Source: Lepidodermella squamata
Lineage: Eukaryota > Animalia > Gastrotricha
Length of the DNA stretch: 64,000 nt
Direction: 5' to 3'
NCBI GenBank assembly: GCA_047495785.1
Contig: JBLDXI010000010.1
Location: 1,116,001-1,180,000 of the forward strand
In this document: positions 12,163 to 24,440 of the stretch, one piece after another
How the letters are laid out: every line of letters starts with the position of its first letter
Position numbering within the stretch: position 1 is the stretch's first letter
Program-made: the position numbers and the translations under genes
The notes under the pieces: generated by a model
The model's input: only the letters and a program-made list of their open reading frames with translations
Databases searched by the model: none
What the model was told of the DNA's origin: nothing

Positions 12163-12924
12163 CTAACGAGAAAAAAATGGGTCTATCTCTGAGGTCGACA
12201 GCGAGGGCTCAGTTTGCGTGTCCCGGTCGATGCTAGCTACGCGCTCGCTGTAGCGGCGTTGATGAAAAATGGGCGATCTCATTCGCGGAAAGTGACCTGA
12301 ATCGATGCTTGTGACTCTGTTAGCTTTCCACGACGCTCGACGTTGCTGCGCTGACATCATAGCGATTTTGCTCATTGAATCGGCCGGCGTGCTTGATTGC
12401 GCCGGGCTGAGTAGGGTCTTACAACACTCTTCGTGGTTGGATATAAGTTGCCGGTAATGAACCTCAAGATCGGCAATCGGCGTTGAGAAATCCACGGTTG
12501 ATAGCGGTGATAGCGGGTTAGTTGGGAACGGAACTGAGCTGTGGTCTCCTGAGGGATGGAAGAACCCGCTGAAACCCGCGATTTGCCGGCTCATCCCGCC
12601 GAAGTAAGCCTTTGAATGGTTAATCGTATACTTTGCCTTCTTCTCCTGGCGCCGTTTCCATTTCTCCCAAATGCATTGAATCAAATTGACGAATGATATG
12701 ATGAAAAGAATGAAACCAACGGCGATTAAACAAGGAATTCCGAGCTGATAAACTAAGCTTGTAGGCTCTTGCGTTGTAGGGATGTATTGCGTTTCGATGA
12801 GGTTTGAAAGCGGCTCTTCTGCGAGATTTACAATGGCTTCACTGGGTACACTCAGAAAATCGACTGTTTTGGGCGTTGTTGTCGTGCGTCTACGTCGTCG
12901 AACTGTGGAGTTGACATTTGGCAT
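12163..12924 (-). CDS. Single-pass membrane protein, array member 3 (C-terminally truncated)
   Basis: TM helix and KAYFGGMSRQIAGFSG. Ends DPFFSR* where paralogs continue D(P/V)FxxKY. Confidence 0.75.
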   Translation of the reverse strand: MPNVNSTVRRRRRTTTTPKTVDFLSVPSEAIVNLAEEPLSNLIETQYIPTTQEPTSLVYQLGIPCLIAVGFILFIISFVNLIQCIWEKWKRRQEKKAKYTINHSKAYFGGMSRQIAGFSGFFHPSGDHSSVPFPTNPLSPLSTVDFSTPIADLEVHYRQLISNHEECCKTLLSPAQSSTPADSMSKIAMMSAQQRRASWKANRVTSIDSGHFPRMRSPIFHQRRYSERVASIDRDTQTEPSLSTSEIDPFFSR

Positions 12925-14631
12925 CAAAAGAAGCGAACAAGGCGCCAGTTGCGTGCGGTCAGTAACTATTAAAACTAAAACCTAAAGATGATAGAGCTTA
13001 TTAACAGAAAAACCCCAGAGCTGGACGTAAGCTATGGATTACAAAAATTGCGGTACAATATTCATATAGGTTATAAGCCCTTCCTGATTATTTCCTAAAC
13101 AATATATCATAATGTGAAGTAGCCATATTGCTTGCAATAATTTGCTTTCTCGCCTCTGCGCGTCCTACCTGCAGCTCTTCTTGCCGTGGGCTCATGCTGC
13201 TAGAGTTAATTGCTTGTTTACTACTAATACCAGTAAATCAAATATGTGTGGTCATGTTTTCCTATACCTGCTTATTCCAGTGTGAGAAATATCATTCGGA
13301 CGAATACTGACCGCAATATAAATAGAAAATTGCGAGCGCTCAAATAGCAGAAATTCGAGGGCACAAACATCGGAATAAATTGAATCATTTACCGAATGAA
13401 GGGTTTATTTAAATTCAGCTAACGCCTTCGGTTCAGCCCAGGGACTCCTTAGAGAGTTGAAAATTGTTTCAGCACGTAATCTTATTGCCAGCTGTTGTTT
13501 GTTTACTAACGATTCACTTGATTTTATGATTTGATAGTTTGAGTACTCAACGCGTACAGAAGCTTGGTTTTACACCTAAAGTTCGTCATACCCTCGCTGT
13601 GTTGTGTTGATAAACAAGGACAAAATTTTCCATTCCCAGATCCTGTTTAATGTTTATCAGAGAGAGCTGTTGGTTTTGTTATTACAAAAACGAAAATAAA
13701 AGCACCAGCCAGGATTGGGCTTTGGGCGCATCAAAAATATCGTTATATTATATCGTATATATACCGATTTAGAAGGCTCTGCCTTATAATTTTATCAATC
13801 AACCCGCAAAAAATACTATGGTACCAACAATTTCAGCTGTCGTCATTTCAGTGCCTATTTCATGAAGATTTTAAATTTCGGAATCTAAGTTCGCTATAGG
13901 ATGTCCCCGTCATCCTCATAATTCCGGAATATTGAGCTGGTTTTATAAGCTCATCAGCTTGAATGATGGTAAACTGGAAACAAGCACCGCATTATTCTGA
14001 AAATCTACATTCTCTGTGAGAATACAAATAAAGTAAAGCTAGGCGAACGGGGAACTTGTTCTTTAGCATTGAACGTTTTTTTTCAACGCGCATTTCCTCA
14101 AAGCTTAGTGAATGGCTTAACAAGTTTTTAGGAAGCCGGTAAAATTTCCAATAATATTCCGAAATAATATACGCAATAGTGCTCAGTGACAGGAGTCATG
14201 CGGATTCGGCAACTTGGAACATTTTAGCGATACGAAACATAACCGAGTTCCAACAATCTCCTATAGAACGATTTTTTTCAATGTTATGTCAGCACGCGCG
14301 CTCCGATCCTGCAACCGAAGTAGAATGATCTTTCGAATTCTCGTTCGTTAATGCCACAGCTATTTCACTACAAAACCCACATTTCGCTTGATCAACATCA
14401 TGGGCAAAGAATTACTTTACTATGACCCCAGGGGCTTCCCGTAGGGCTTGACAGCCTGACCCAGCCTTCACCGACGTAGTCAATTTTAATATCCTCCGAA
14501 AATTTTATTAAGAAACGTGATTTTTTCCAGAATAACACCAAAGAACGTTGAAAAATAGCTGTGAAATCATATGTCGTTTGTAATTGAAATAAACTTGGCC
14601 ACGGGAAAAATGGCATAGGTACGGTACAAAT

Positions 14632-15630
14632 CTAATGTTGGCCTTGCGCGCCAGCTGTGAAGGCATACATCAGCAAACGACCACGACGTGCGTGCGATTT
14701 CTCTTCTTCAGGGACGCGGGTTGACCGCTTCCGCTTCAGAGAATCGCGATGCTGCTTCTCGCGAAGAAACGTGTAATACTTGAACTCAAACGGCGTGTAG
14801 CCCATAGGAATTTTATCTGGAATATATCGACCCGAACGGCTGAAAGATGACGCTGTAGAGTCAGTCCTGCCCAACGCAGCCGACCATCTCGCGCGTTTCG
14901 CATCTGCCTGGACTTTGTCGATGGAAGATGAAAGCTGATCTGTGTCAGCTGCAGCTACGTTAAGAGCCTCCAAATCGCTGCCGTAGCCGTAGCTGCAACA
15001 AGCCCCGTAGTTACCCATTTTACTAGCAGCGCAACACGCGAGTGGGCTGTCATCGCTGCTCCCAGGTCGGATGAATTCTATATCACCAGAAGGCGCGAAT
15101 CTAGTCAAACACCCTCCTGAAGAGCTGTTTGAGTTATCGAAAGGCCTAGCGCTCTTATCATCTGGCGAGTCGAGGGATTGGTAGAGTTTTGCATAGTTAA
15201 CACTAAGCGTTGTTTGACGATGAATTTCCGTGATTTCATTCACTTGACAGACCCGGGTTGAAAGACCGCTGAGAGTAGCCATTTGGCGTGACATTCCGCC
15301 GAAATAGCCTCGACTGACAAACATCGAATAATGGCGACTCTTTTTCTGAGCCTCCTCACTAGCTTTCCGCCAGTAGCTCTCGAACATGTTGCCGAGAAGG
15401 ATCATAAGGAGGACGATGGCTAGAGCTATGAGACAGATAATCCCATATTCAGCTGCTAGTTTTGCAGGGGCCTGTTCGTCGTGTGGCTCAATCGGGATAT
15501 TCAGCGACGCACGGCGTGTGGCTCTGGAGGATTTCGAGGTAGAGGTAGCTTCTTCAAGGTAAAACAGGACGATATTAGGCTGGGTCGTAGCGATGCGCCC
15601 CACCAAATCGAGCGAAGGAGAGGCTTTCAT
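14632..15630 (-). CDS. Single-pass membrane protein, array member 4
   Basis: TM helix, HYSMFVSRGYFGGMSRQMATLSG, PFEFKYYTFLREKQHR, GRLLMYAF. Probable 5'UTR intron (gtaact...tttag) just upstream of the ATG. Confidence 0.82.
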   Translation of the reverse strand: MKASPSLDLVGRIATTQPNIVLFYLEEATSTSKSSRATRRASLNIPIEPHDEQAPAKLAAEYGIICLIALAIVLLMILLGNMFESYWRKASEEAQKKSRHYSMFVSRGYFGGMSRQMATLSGLSTRVCQVNEITEIHRQTTLSVNYAKLYQSLDSPDDKSARPFDNSNSSSGGCLTRFAPSGDIEFIRPGSSDDSPLACCAASKMGNYGACCSYGYGSDLEALNVAAADTDQLSSSIDKVQADAKRARWSAALGRTDSTASSFSRSGRYIPDKIPMGYTPFEFKYYTFLREKQHRDSLKRKRSTRVPEEEKSHARRGRLLMYAFTAGAQGQH

Positions 15631-17159
15631 AAACTCCTAAACAATTAACAACAGAGTTATTGGCTTTAACGAGTGTAATATCGGATGATTAGTTACCTTT
15701 TCGAGGGGTGATGTAAAATGTGAAGCTTCTCTATTCCATAATGCTTGCGTTATGCAGTACTAGAGTAAACATGCAATGATGAATTCCGGTGTTTATTATT
15801 CTATAGGTGTATTTGACGCGCTCGTTGGCATGGTCGATCATATTTTGCGCGCTGTATGTCAATCATGTCGTGAATTCGATACTACGGTGTAAACGCTACG
15901 CCGTCTAGCACGTGGCAAACACCAATGCAAACATACCTGGTGAATTTCGAATTAAGCGATCTCAAGCGGAGAATGATAAGCAAGTCACAGTCTATCTTAA
16001 CTCGCAGACAAATTTGTGTTCGAAGAGGTATTATTCATATAACGATTTCCCAACTTCTCATCTGATTCTGCAGAACTATCCCAATCGAAAAAAATTAATT
16101 TTTCATCTTAGAAATGAAAATAATAGGATTGTTTCGTTATATCGTTCTATCGATATACCAGGATTCATCATACAGGCATAGGCTCGATTCGTTAGGTGAA
16201 TCACTATTAAGACCGCATAGTTCTCGCATGTAGTAGTCCCATTTCTCAGTTCATCGCAAAGATTGCACGGATCACAATGTTGTGATTAATATCATTAGAT
16301 GGCAAGAGCATGGACTCTGATTCTGAATTATTGATGAAGGCTGAATTATTCACGGCTAAAACATGTTTCACCGCCCACCGCCCCCAGCTTTCGATGATTC
16401 CCACCAGTTGGAGTGGGATAAGTGTTTTTTTACAGTTCAGCATGTATTGAGTTGATGAGGTGTGATCAGTGCCGGTCGTAAACATCGCCGATATATCGAT
16501 CAGTAGGAAATGTAGCCCCCGGTTGCAGATTGAGCTCACACGAAAAGGAGAACGGAGAATATATGTGATTTCCCTCATTTCAAGGATAATCAACACCAGG
16601 AGCAGTTTGAATGTTCAGTTTCGACAGATTGTTTCAGCATTTTTTACAGACGATAAGTATTCATCGCAAAAACGCCACACATGGCACACTCGAGACCACT
16701 TTACGTTATCAATCTTCCAAAACACCAAGTTGTTTTGAAACCCAGTAATATTTCAGCCAATGTAACCGCAGGTCCACATGTCCATTACCTTCAAGAAAAA
16801 AGTTTGTTCTATCGCGACCGTTTAGGGTTTAGGTCATTCTGCTGACAAAGCATGAATCCTGGAGCTGCCAGAAATGGGGAAAATATGCTGTATTTCCTGA
16901 AATCTCTTGGGATTTCCAGCAACAGTACCAGCCAAGCGAGAAAAGAGAAAATTGTGAAGAATTTTCACCAAACATATCCGGCACGAAAAATGTTTGCATA
17001 CAGTTGTCGAAAATCCTAGAGAAGGTCGATAATCCTAGGTACATGCTGGAAAATCTTTTTGAAAAACCTCGAAAACCTGGAAGAGTTCGAAAAGCCTTAT
17101 TTTGAAAATCGTTCGAAGCATAGTTTTATGGTTAGTAGGGCTACAGAAAGTAAGGATGT

Positions 17160-18340
17160 TCAGTAAAGGATTTTCTTTGAGTTTTTGTTATCGGCATGGT
17201 AATCACTAAATGCATACATGAGCATTCTAGCTCGGCGATGTGCTCTCACTGGGGTTGCATTCGTCATTCCTCTTCTTTTAAGGCGCATTCGATGATGAGC
17301 AGCCCGTTCACGCTGCTGCTTGTCGTGAAGGAACAGCTGATATTTCCGAGTGAAAACATCAACATTAGCACTGCTAGCTGCTATCGTAGAGTTGAGACTG
17401 CCAGGTTTCCCTGTCTCGAAGCTGCCGTAGTTTGGCATAGTTTTCGGCCGCCTTACTGCCCAAGTCACTCTGCGCTCATCTGCCGTCATTTCCGTTATCG
17501 GTTTCAGTATCACCGGCGTAGTGCGGAAAGCTTCATTCACAGCATCCGCGCTTAGTGTTGAATCATTGATGAAAACAGATGGGCCTGGCACTCGGGTAAC
17601 GTGATCGAGGTCGAAGTACGTCGAAAAGTTGTTGTACGGATTTTCGTACAGATTTGCGTGTGACGTTGTTGCGTCAGAGTTGACTTCATTTCTCGAACAT
17701 GAGGGTAGTAAGCTACTGCTGGGGTTTGAAAGCTCCGTAGTCAGTGGTGTGTGGGCTGAGTAAGAAGGGACAGTAGATTGCAGTTGGATAGTAATAGCTT
17801 CATCGTCATCCCGGGAAGACTGGTTCGCGAGATTGCCGTAGGAAATTTGCGACTGAGTGCTTACAACGGCAGTCCGAGTCGGTATCATAACACCACTGAA
17901 ACAACACATTAGCAAGATGGATTGATAGCAATATTTAAAGCAAACCTGACATGCAGCATTTGGCGAACAATCATTGCAAGATGCTCTCGAGTTGCTGTTG
18001 TATACTTTTGCTGGAACCTGTGCTGATTCTGGGGGTATTCATTTTGAAAGTAGGGAAGCGTAATCCGAAATCGTTTCAAATAATCGATAAGTAATAGGCT
18101 GATAAGCAGAACCATCAGAGTGCACAGTGTGAAGATAAGCGCGAGCCAATAGACCAGGTTCTCATTTGCCGCTAAATCAGCTGAGCTAGTTAGCACATCT
18201 CGGTCTTTCAAAATGTTGTAATTCGACTCAGTCGCGCCAGGTAGTAAAGCTGACGAGACGAAAATAGGCTCGGCGATTTTGTACCTCGCCTTTGGGTAGT
18301 CCTTTCTGAGAAAATCTTTGCTGACAATCTCGCTCGCCAT
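17160..18340 (-). CDS. Single-pass membrane protein, array member 5 (two coding exons, intron 17896-17945)
   Basis: Removing a 50-bp GT-AG intron joins the two ORFs and restores RQMLHVSGV. Also DVFTRKYQLFLHDKQQR and ARMLMYAF. Confidence 0.8.
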
Positions 18341-19592
18341 TTATCTATAGCGCCATTGCTGTCGATTTGATCCAAATATAAGCCATTAAATGAGTTCAGT
18401 CCTAAAAAAAGTATTACGACAATCATGTGATAGCTAGCTGGTTTCACGGAAGGGCCCCATTAAACGTCGTGCTTTTCCGGTTCCTTGATTATTGAGCTTA
18501 TAAAAGCAATAAAAGTTGCAAGTAGGTGGATTTGATAGCCATCGTGCATCTCTAATATCTAAATTTGAGACAAGTGAGTTATATGGCCGATTTCTTACGC
18601 GCGATCTATTTTACAACGAGGCTCGTCTGAAGCAGTCTGCACTATGCTTTTATTTTATCGAATTTTCATTAGTCGAACCACTTTTTTCGGACGAGTGTAT
18701 TCGCGAAATAAATCAAACTAGCGTGATAACGGTCCAGATCCTTATTTGATAAAATTCGCATTGTCGGTGGGTTATTATTTTTTATTTGTTGTTAGTGTCA
18801 TTCTATATTTTTTTCAATCAACCCTAGAGATTTTATAGAGACGCTAAGTAACGCCGAATGTTAGATTCGCATGCTTGTTTTTTTGTTTTTATTTGCGATT
18901 GAAGAATTAATTATTAATATAACGAAAACAGTGATGCGCATCTACAACTCTTATTCATAAAACGATATCATGAGGTTTTAATGCTATAAGACCAACTATA
19001 GACAGAGACGCAAGCAAATTGATATTTGAAATGTATAAAAACAACAAAACAGCTCATCATTTATTGAGTTTTTCAATAGACTACTGAAATAGGCTCAGAA
19101 AAATAGGAATTTTCCTAATTTGACTAGAAAGATGTTATTTTCATCACTAAATAAGTGTTGGCCGTATGTCGCTATGCATTGTGGCTTCTCTTAGCGATTT
19201 GAAACCTTTGAATCCAGTAATCCGAGGAACTAGGTCGCTCCAGCATCTATTAATGTATTTTCACTGCTAAATATGGAAGGAATGCCTTGATAATTTGCGT
19301 GGTCATCCGAATTTGAAGTTTAACGCAAAGCTTCTTTTGCTCCAAGAGCAACGAATAGAAACGAATATAAAAGGGAGACTATCATTTTGTTGTTTCATTG
19401 TTTAATTTTGTCTTTCTCGCCAGGTATATGCTTCATGAAGTTGGTTTAACAGCAAAGCAGCCAGACCATAAAGACCATTTATTTTTCTAACATCATATAT
19501 CATATATTTGCATAAAACTCATCAGAATCTTCACGAAGAACAGAAATGTTTCTTCATTCCCTGAGTTAATCTGTCTTATCAGCTATCAGCAA

Positions 19593-21026
19593 TCAGTTCA
19601 AAAATCCCTTATGGATCGGAATTCGCAGGGCATTGATCAACATAGTCGTCTGCCGCTGATCTGGCTCATCGGATAACGGCGAGTTGCCGTTCGCGAAGTG
19701 AGCATAACGTTGGCCGTGCTGCAAATATTGGTTGGAGGGTTGACCATCTATGTCTGTCGCAGCCGAAACCATCTTCCGCCTCTTCAACGTCGCCCTGCGT
19801 TGGCTATCACGCCGCCGTTTCTCAGCGATGAACATTGCATATTTCCGCTGGTAGACGTCATTCTTCAGTTTCTCAATCGACATACGCCGCGAATGTTGAT
19901 GGTGATGATGGCTGATCCTAGGATTCTCAACGCCCCGCTGGGCCGATGCCAAATCATACCAGGACGTAGTTCTTGCCTCTTGGTCGTCGGAAGAATCCGC
20001 GACGAAATGACTCAATTCAGTTAGCACCGATGTCGACTCAACTAAGCGACTTTGAACATCGGAGATTGAATTGCAAGAACCGCAAGAGCTGACAACTAAT
20101 TCTGGGAGAGACTTCTCGCCAGGTCGAGTAGCTGCTACGCTGAGGCTGGAAGACAGAACCCGATGCGGATTGATCATTTCCACCATGTTGCTTTCGAATT
20201 TCGCGATATTCTCCATTGCCTGGGCTTGCGATACTAGTTTCTGCTTTTCAATATAGTCGGTCAAATCAGGGAGGGGCGGCAAAGCGTTGACCGGGAGGCA
20301 GGAGAACTGTATTCCTAGAGACTTACCACGTGCTAAGGATTCGTGACTAATTGAGTTTTCCGACGTTCGCGGTCCGAGGAAACGTGATGGAACCACAGGG
20401 CTCACGTAAACCTTCTCCCGTTCCTTGAAGAAAACTATTTTTACATTCTCCGGAACGAGAGACTGCGTGGAGGTCAGACTCTGCTTGTGATTACTCGACG
20501 GGATTGACGAGCCATATGATGGACGGTAACTTGAGAACTCTGATGAAGTTGTTAGGGATGATTCAGGCCTCGAAACGTCCTTAGATTTCTGCAGCAAGCC
20601 AGATTGATGCTGGACAATTCGGCTCATCTGCCACATGTGGTTGCCGATCCCAGTGAGAGTGCTTCCAGCGACAATTTCCGGCCTTTCATTCTTTCCCTTT
20701 TTCAACCGCCGTTTCTCCTTCATTTCGTCGTAGATTCGAGTTAAACGTCGTTTGCATGGGTGGTATAGCATGAAGACTATCCCGCAGAGTAGGACGACTC
20801 CAACTAGGGCGAACATCACCATGACTAGTTCGAACATTGGCTCTTCATGGTCGTGGCTTTCCGTCGCGTCATTACGTTTTTCGGTTGAAGCAGATAGCTT
20901 GCTTCGGGTTTGTGGGTATTTAGAGGTGACTCCTTTGTAGCGGCCTGTCGATTGGGTAGTTCTCTCGGCAATCAGAGTGATAAGCAGCGTGCCATCAGAG
21001 GAGCTAGCCTCTTCAATTTCATTCAT
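19593..21026 (-). CDS. Single-pass membrane protein, array member 6
   Basis: TM helix, LTGIGNHMWQMSR, DVYQRKYAMFIAEKRRR, TMLINALRI. Confidence 0.8.
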   Translation of the reverse strand: MNEIEEASSSDGTLLITLIAERTTQSTGRYKGVTSKYPQTRSKLSASTEKRNDATESHDHEEPMFELVMVMFALVGVVLLCGIVFMLYHPCKRRLTRIYDEMKEKRRLKKGKNERPEIVAGSTLTGIGNHMWQMSRIVQHQSGLLQKSKDVSRPESSLTTSSEFSSYRPSYGSSIPSSNHKQSLTSTQSLVPENVKIVFFKEREKVYVSPVVPSRFLGPRTSENSISHESLARGKSLGIQFSCLPVNALPPLPDLTDYIEKQKLVSQAQAMENIAKFESNMVEMINPHRVLSSSLSVAATRPGEKSLPELVVSSCGSCNSISDVQSRLVESTSVLTELSHFVADSSDDQEARTTSWYDLASAQRGVENPRISHHHHQHSRRMSIEKLKNDVYQRKYAMFIAEKRRRDSQRRATLKRRKMVSAATDIDGQPSNQYLQHGQRYAHFANGNSPLSDEPDQRQTTMLINALRIPIHKGFLN

Positions 21027-22931
21027 CTCTCGAATAAAAATTCTCTATCAATGAGAGTGAGTATCAATGCGGCGATCAAGTCAGCCGTAAAATCAATGGG
21101 ATTATGACTAACTGTTGTAATCAAAAATGTTTGAAAATCACTGATTAGGTGAGGGTTCATGCACTTAGATTTGACTGTCGAAAAATAACGTGATGCGGGT
21201 GTGCCGGGTGAAGGGATCGGGCTAATAAACTGAGACGCGAGGTTAATAAATCCGGCGCGTCATCATCCAGGCGACTTTGTTTGCAGTCACTCAGGTGATC
21301 AAATCGATTTTCCAAACATTTTATGCGTAAATCTAAATTACAATCATTCAGTGATCAACTCTACGGCGATTCCATGAATTGAGGTTTCAAAGGTTTCACG
21401 TCAGTGTCTTTGGCAGGATTAGGTTGATATTAGGTTTTAATGGTAAAGACAACTGAATGAAGAGATAGGGCTCTGCTTTTCTTGGTTTCCTATTTCTAAA
21501 TGTGCAATCAATCAAACAAATGCAGTTGTCCATAGCTGATTAGGTCTCCGCGGACCTTGGTGCGATAAAATGACGATATTTCTTAGAGTGAACTCTATCG
21601 CATTGCGCACTCAAGAAAAATCAAGTTAAGCCGCTTCGCAATACAGTGTAGCCCGTTAAAAATAGGCCATCAATTGAACTTCATTTATTGTCTGCGCAGT
21701 TATTTCACTTGTTCTTTATGTATCGGCGATGTACAATGATGTGTTCACAAATCTCGTCATGGGCCAGGGTGCAAATTTGACCGTTGCCCTGGTTGCCATA
21801 TGCGCTAGTATTTGTCATATGTCTCCGCTCGGCAGATTTTGTCCATCAAATTGGCAAATATCAAAGAACAGAGTCAGGGATTAAAACACGCGTGATCGTG
21901 ATAATTAGCTGAAAACAAAATATAAATATAGATGTTGGGAGCCAAATCCTGAAGCTGAGTCATGGGAAATCCTCTCAGCTTTCATCAGTATAAACCTACA
22001 GGTGCGAGAATGTGTTTTCACAAACATTTCCTTTCGTGTCGAGAGTGGAACGCTTTGAAGAACATTCGATCAAAACATCTAGAGCTTTGCCACTCGTTCC
22101 TCCTGAGACAATTTTCTCAGAGTATTTGGAAATTCTTCCGCAGAATGAAGACGCAATGAGTGCTGAGCGCTGCCAAAACTGACCGGAACACAAGACAACT
22201 TTTGTACATGCATTTTGAGTTGATTAAATTGTCCACTCAGAAACTTTGGATGAATTCTATCTTTTCTATTTACAAACAGTCTATGGTATTTGGGCAGGAT
22301 TGTATGTCAAATTTTTCGAATTTTCTGCCTTCGATACACATATGTTCATCATCGTGCGCCGTACTTATGGAGCATGTTTTAGGGGGAATTCTTCAAAATC
22401 AGTTCGCTCCGATCTTATTTATGGTTGAAGTCTCAAGTAATTTTAGGAAATTATTCATCCTCGGCAGCTCCAGGGTCCACTATCGCAACCTGAGCATTTT
22501 AATAATCTATCGAGAGACACAGAATTATACACGTTTAATTCCGATGACGCTGAAAGAGCCGGATGGTTGGATGTGACGTCGGTACATTTGACGTCGACAT
22601 AATTGCCTAGCCGGATATGCTGAATAAAATATGGCACTTATACAACGTCAAAAATTGTATTTTTCAGACAGGACAATGGGTACAATTCTACTGTTAAGTC
22701 AATATCATCGAAAGGGAAAAACTAGTTTATGAGGGCTGACGCGAAACAGGTAAATCTGTTCAGCTGATATGTTCTGATTCTTGATTCTGTGTTCCGGAAT
22801 GTTAAATCCTAAATATGAAGAAAAACAGCGTTAAAGCTTCCTTCTAGATGTTAACACTTGGAATATTATAAAAAGCAAGTGTTACTTCAAATAAAGCGAT
22901 TTATTAAACAATTCAAAACATTTAAAAGCTG

Positions 22932-24440
22932 TTAAAACAAAATCTTGGCCAAATTAATACGCATTGCATTCAAAAACATCCGGGTTTTGCCTTCAGCATG
23001 ATCAGGGTCTTCGTTATCTTCACGATCTCGACGACTTCTCCCGCGAACCGCCCCTTCATTGAAAGTTTTCACTCTCGTCAGGTGTCGCTTGTAAACCAAA
23101 TTGTGCCCAACAGGAGGTTTAATCACTGTACTGCAGCCAGAGCTATTGCAAGCTCGGAGCTTTCGCTTTGTTTTCTCGTCAGCAGCTTTTTGCCGCTTCC
23201 GTTTGTCTTCCTGGAACAACCGGTACTTTGAGGTAAAAACGTCCTGATGACGGCATTGTTTAGTAGTAGCCAAGGTGGCGCAATACAAACTCTTGTTAGG
23301 ATCGGTTTCCATTCGGAAACATGTCGAATGGCGCCGCTGATTATTCATAATATTAGCCAAACTCGAATGATAAGCATAAGATCCATCGGGCTTCAGGAAA
23401 GTCTGGCAAACCGGGTAACTCGCTTTCCTAGGGTATCCGCCACACTCAACGCCATAATCTGAAGATGCGCGGGAAGATTCGAGGCTGTTAGATGATACAG
23501 CAAGGGTTGTAGGGCGTAAGGCTGAATTGTTATCACTCGTAACAGAATTGAATGACCCATACTGAGTGCAAGTTCCATGGCCACTGCTGAAACTTTGCTG
23601 GCTGGGCGGGAGAAGGCTATCAGTTGCAGCTCGTGCCTCTGAAATTCTCGATAGAGTTTTATTCAACGGAATTCTAGTTATTTCATCGCTCGATGTGGCT
23701 GTATCGATTGGTATAGGTGTAGAGGGCTCCACCGTTGGGGAGTTCGGGGCCTCTTGACTACTTAGCAGCTTCTGATTCTCAGCCGCGAATTCGAACTTTC
23801 GATTCGGGGATCTTGACTTATCGCTTAGACTCGCAAGTGAGTCGAAAAGATTGTCGCTCGAAGATAGGTCATTTGCATAATGGAGCTCGCACTCTGTTTG
23901 GTAAGAAATCGAGCAGCTCTTCGCTAGTTTAGCGAGAGGAGCAGTTGTCCGGCGGGTTTTTCGAGGTATCGGCGGGGTATCACATACAGGATTATCATAC
24001 GCCTCGAGCTCGACAGGGTTTCGCTTGATTTCAGCTAAATTTGTAACCTCGGGCTTCTCAGCTAGCACAATTCCTTTTGACTTGATGTGATTAGTTATAA
24101 TTTTGCCCCTTCTACTTCTCGATGAATAAGATTTCCGCCGGAAGTAGCCAGATTCCCTGAGGTAAACGATGTAGTTGAATAGGACCATAAATCCGATGAG
24201 AGCTAAAAAGCTGACGCCGAAAAGAGCGACGATAACTATGGTTTGAGGTTCGCCCATTCCTGTGAATGGGTCCTGAGTAGTTGTTGCATTTTGGATAGAT
24301 GAATTCGAGGCTGGCAACGTGCGAGGGAATTGAGACGGCGCTGAAAGCTGAATACTGGCTTTTGCATTCATGAAGGAAGAAGACGCCGGGGCGATGTGAA
24401 CTGTTCTCACAGCAAGTCTGGCTAGGGGATGTTGAATCAT
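22932..24440 (-). CDS. Single-pass membrane protein, array member 7
   Basis: TM helix, long Ser-rich tail, DVFTSKYRLFQEDKRKR, RMFLNAMRI (like member 6). Confidence 0.8.
   Translation of the reverse strand: MIQHPLARLAVRTVHIAPASSSFMNAKASIQLSAPSQFPRTLPASNSSIQNATTTQDPFTGMGEPQTIVIVALFGVSFLALIGFMVLFNYIVYLRESGYFRRKSYSSRSRRGKIITNHIKSKGIVLAEKPEVTNLAEIKRNPVELEAYDNPVCDTPPIPRKTRRTTAPLAKLAKSCSISYQTECELHYANDLSSSDNLFDSLASLSDKSRSPNRKFEFAAENQKLLSSQEAPNSPTVEPSTPIPIDTATSSDEITRIPLNKTLSRISEARAATDSLLPPSQQSFSSGHGTCTQYGSFNSVTSDNNSALRPTTLAVSSNSLESSRASSDYGVECGGYPRKASYPVCQTFLKPDGSYAYHSSLANIMNNQRRHSTCFRMETDPNKSLYCATLATTKQCRHQDVFTSKYRLFQEDKRKRQKAADEKTKRKLRACNSSGCSTVIKPPVGHNLVYKRHLTRVKTFNEGAVRGRSRRDREDNEDPDHAEGKTRMFLNAMRINLAKILF

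Noticed and set aside
18208-18447. Signal-peptide-like ORF upstream of array member 5
   Set aside because: Out of frame with the main ORF, and I found no splice that joins them without a stop.
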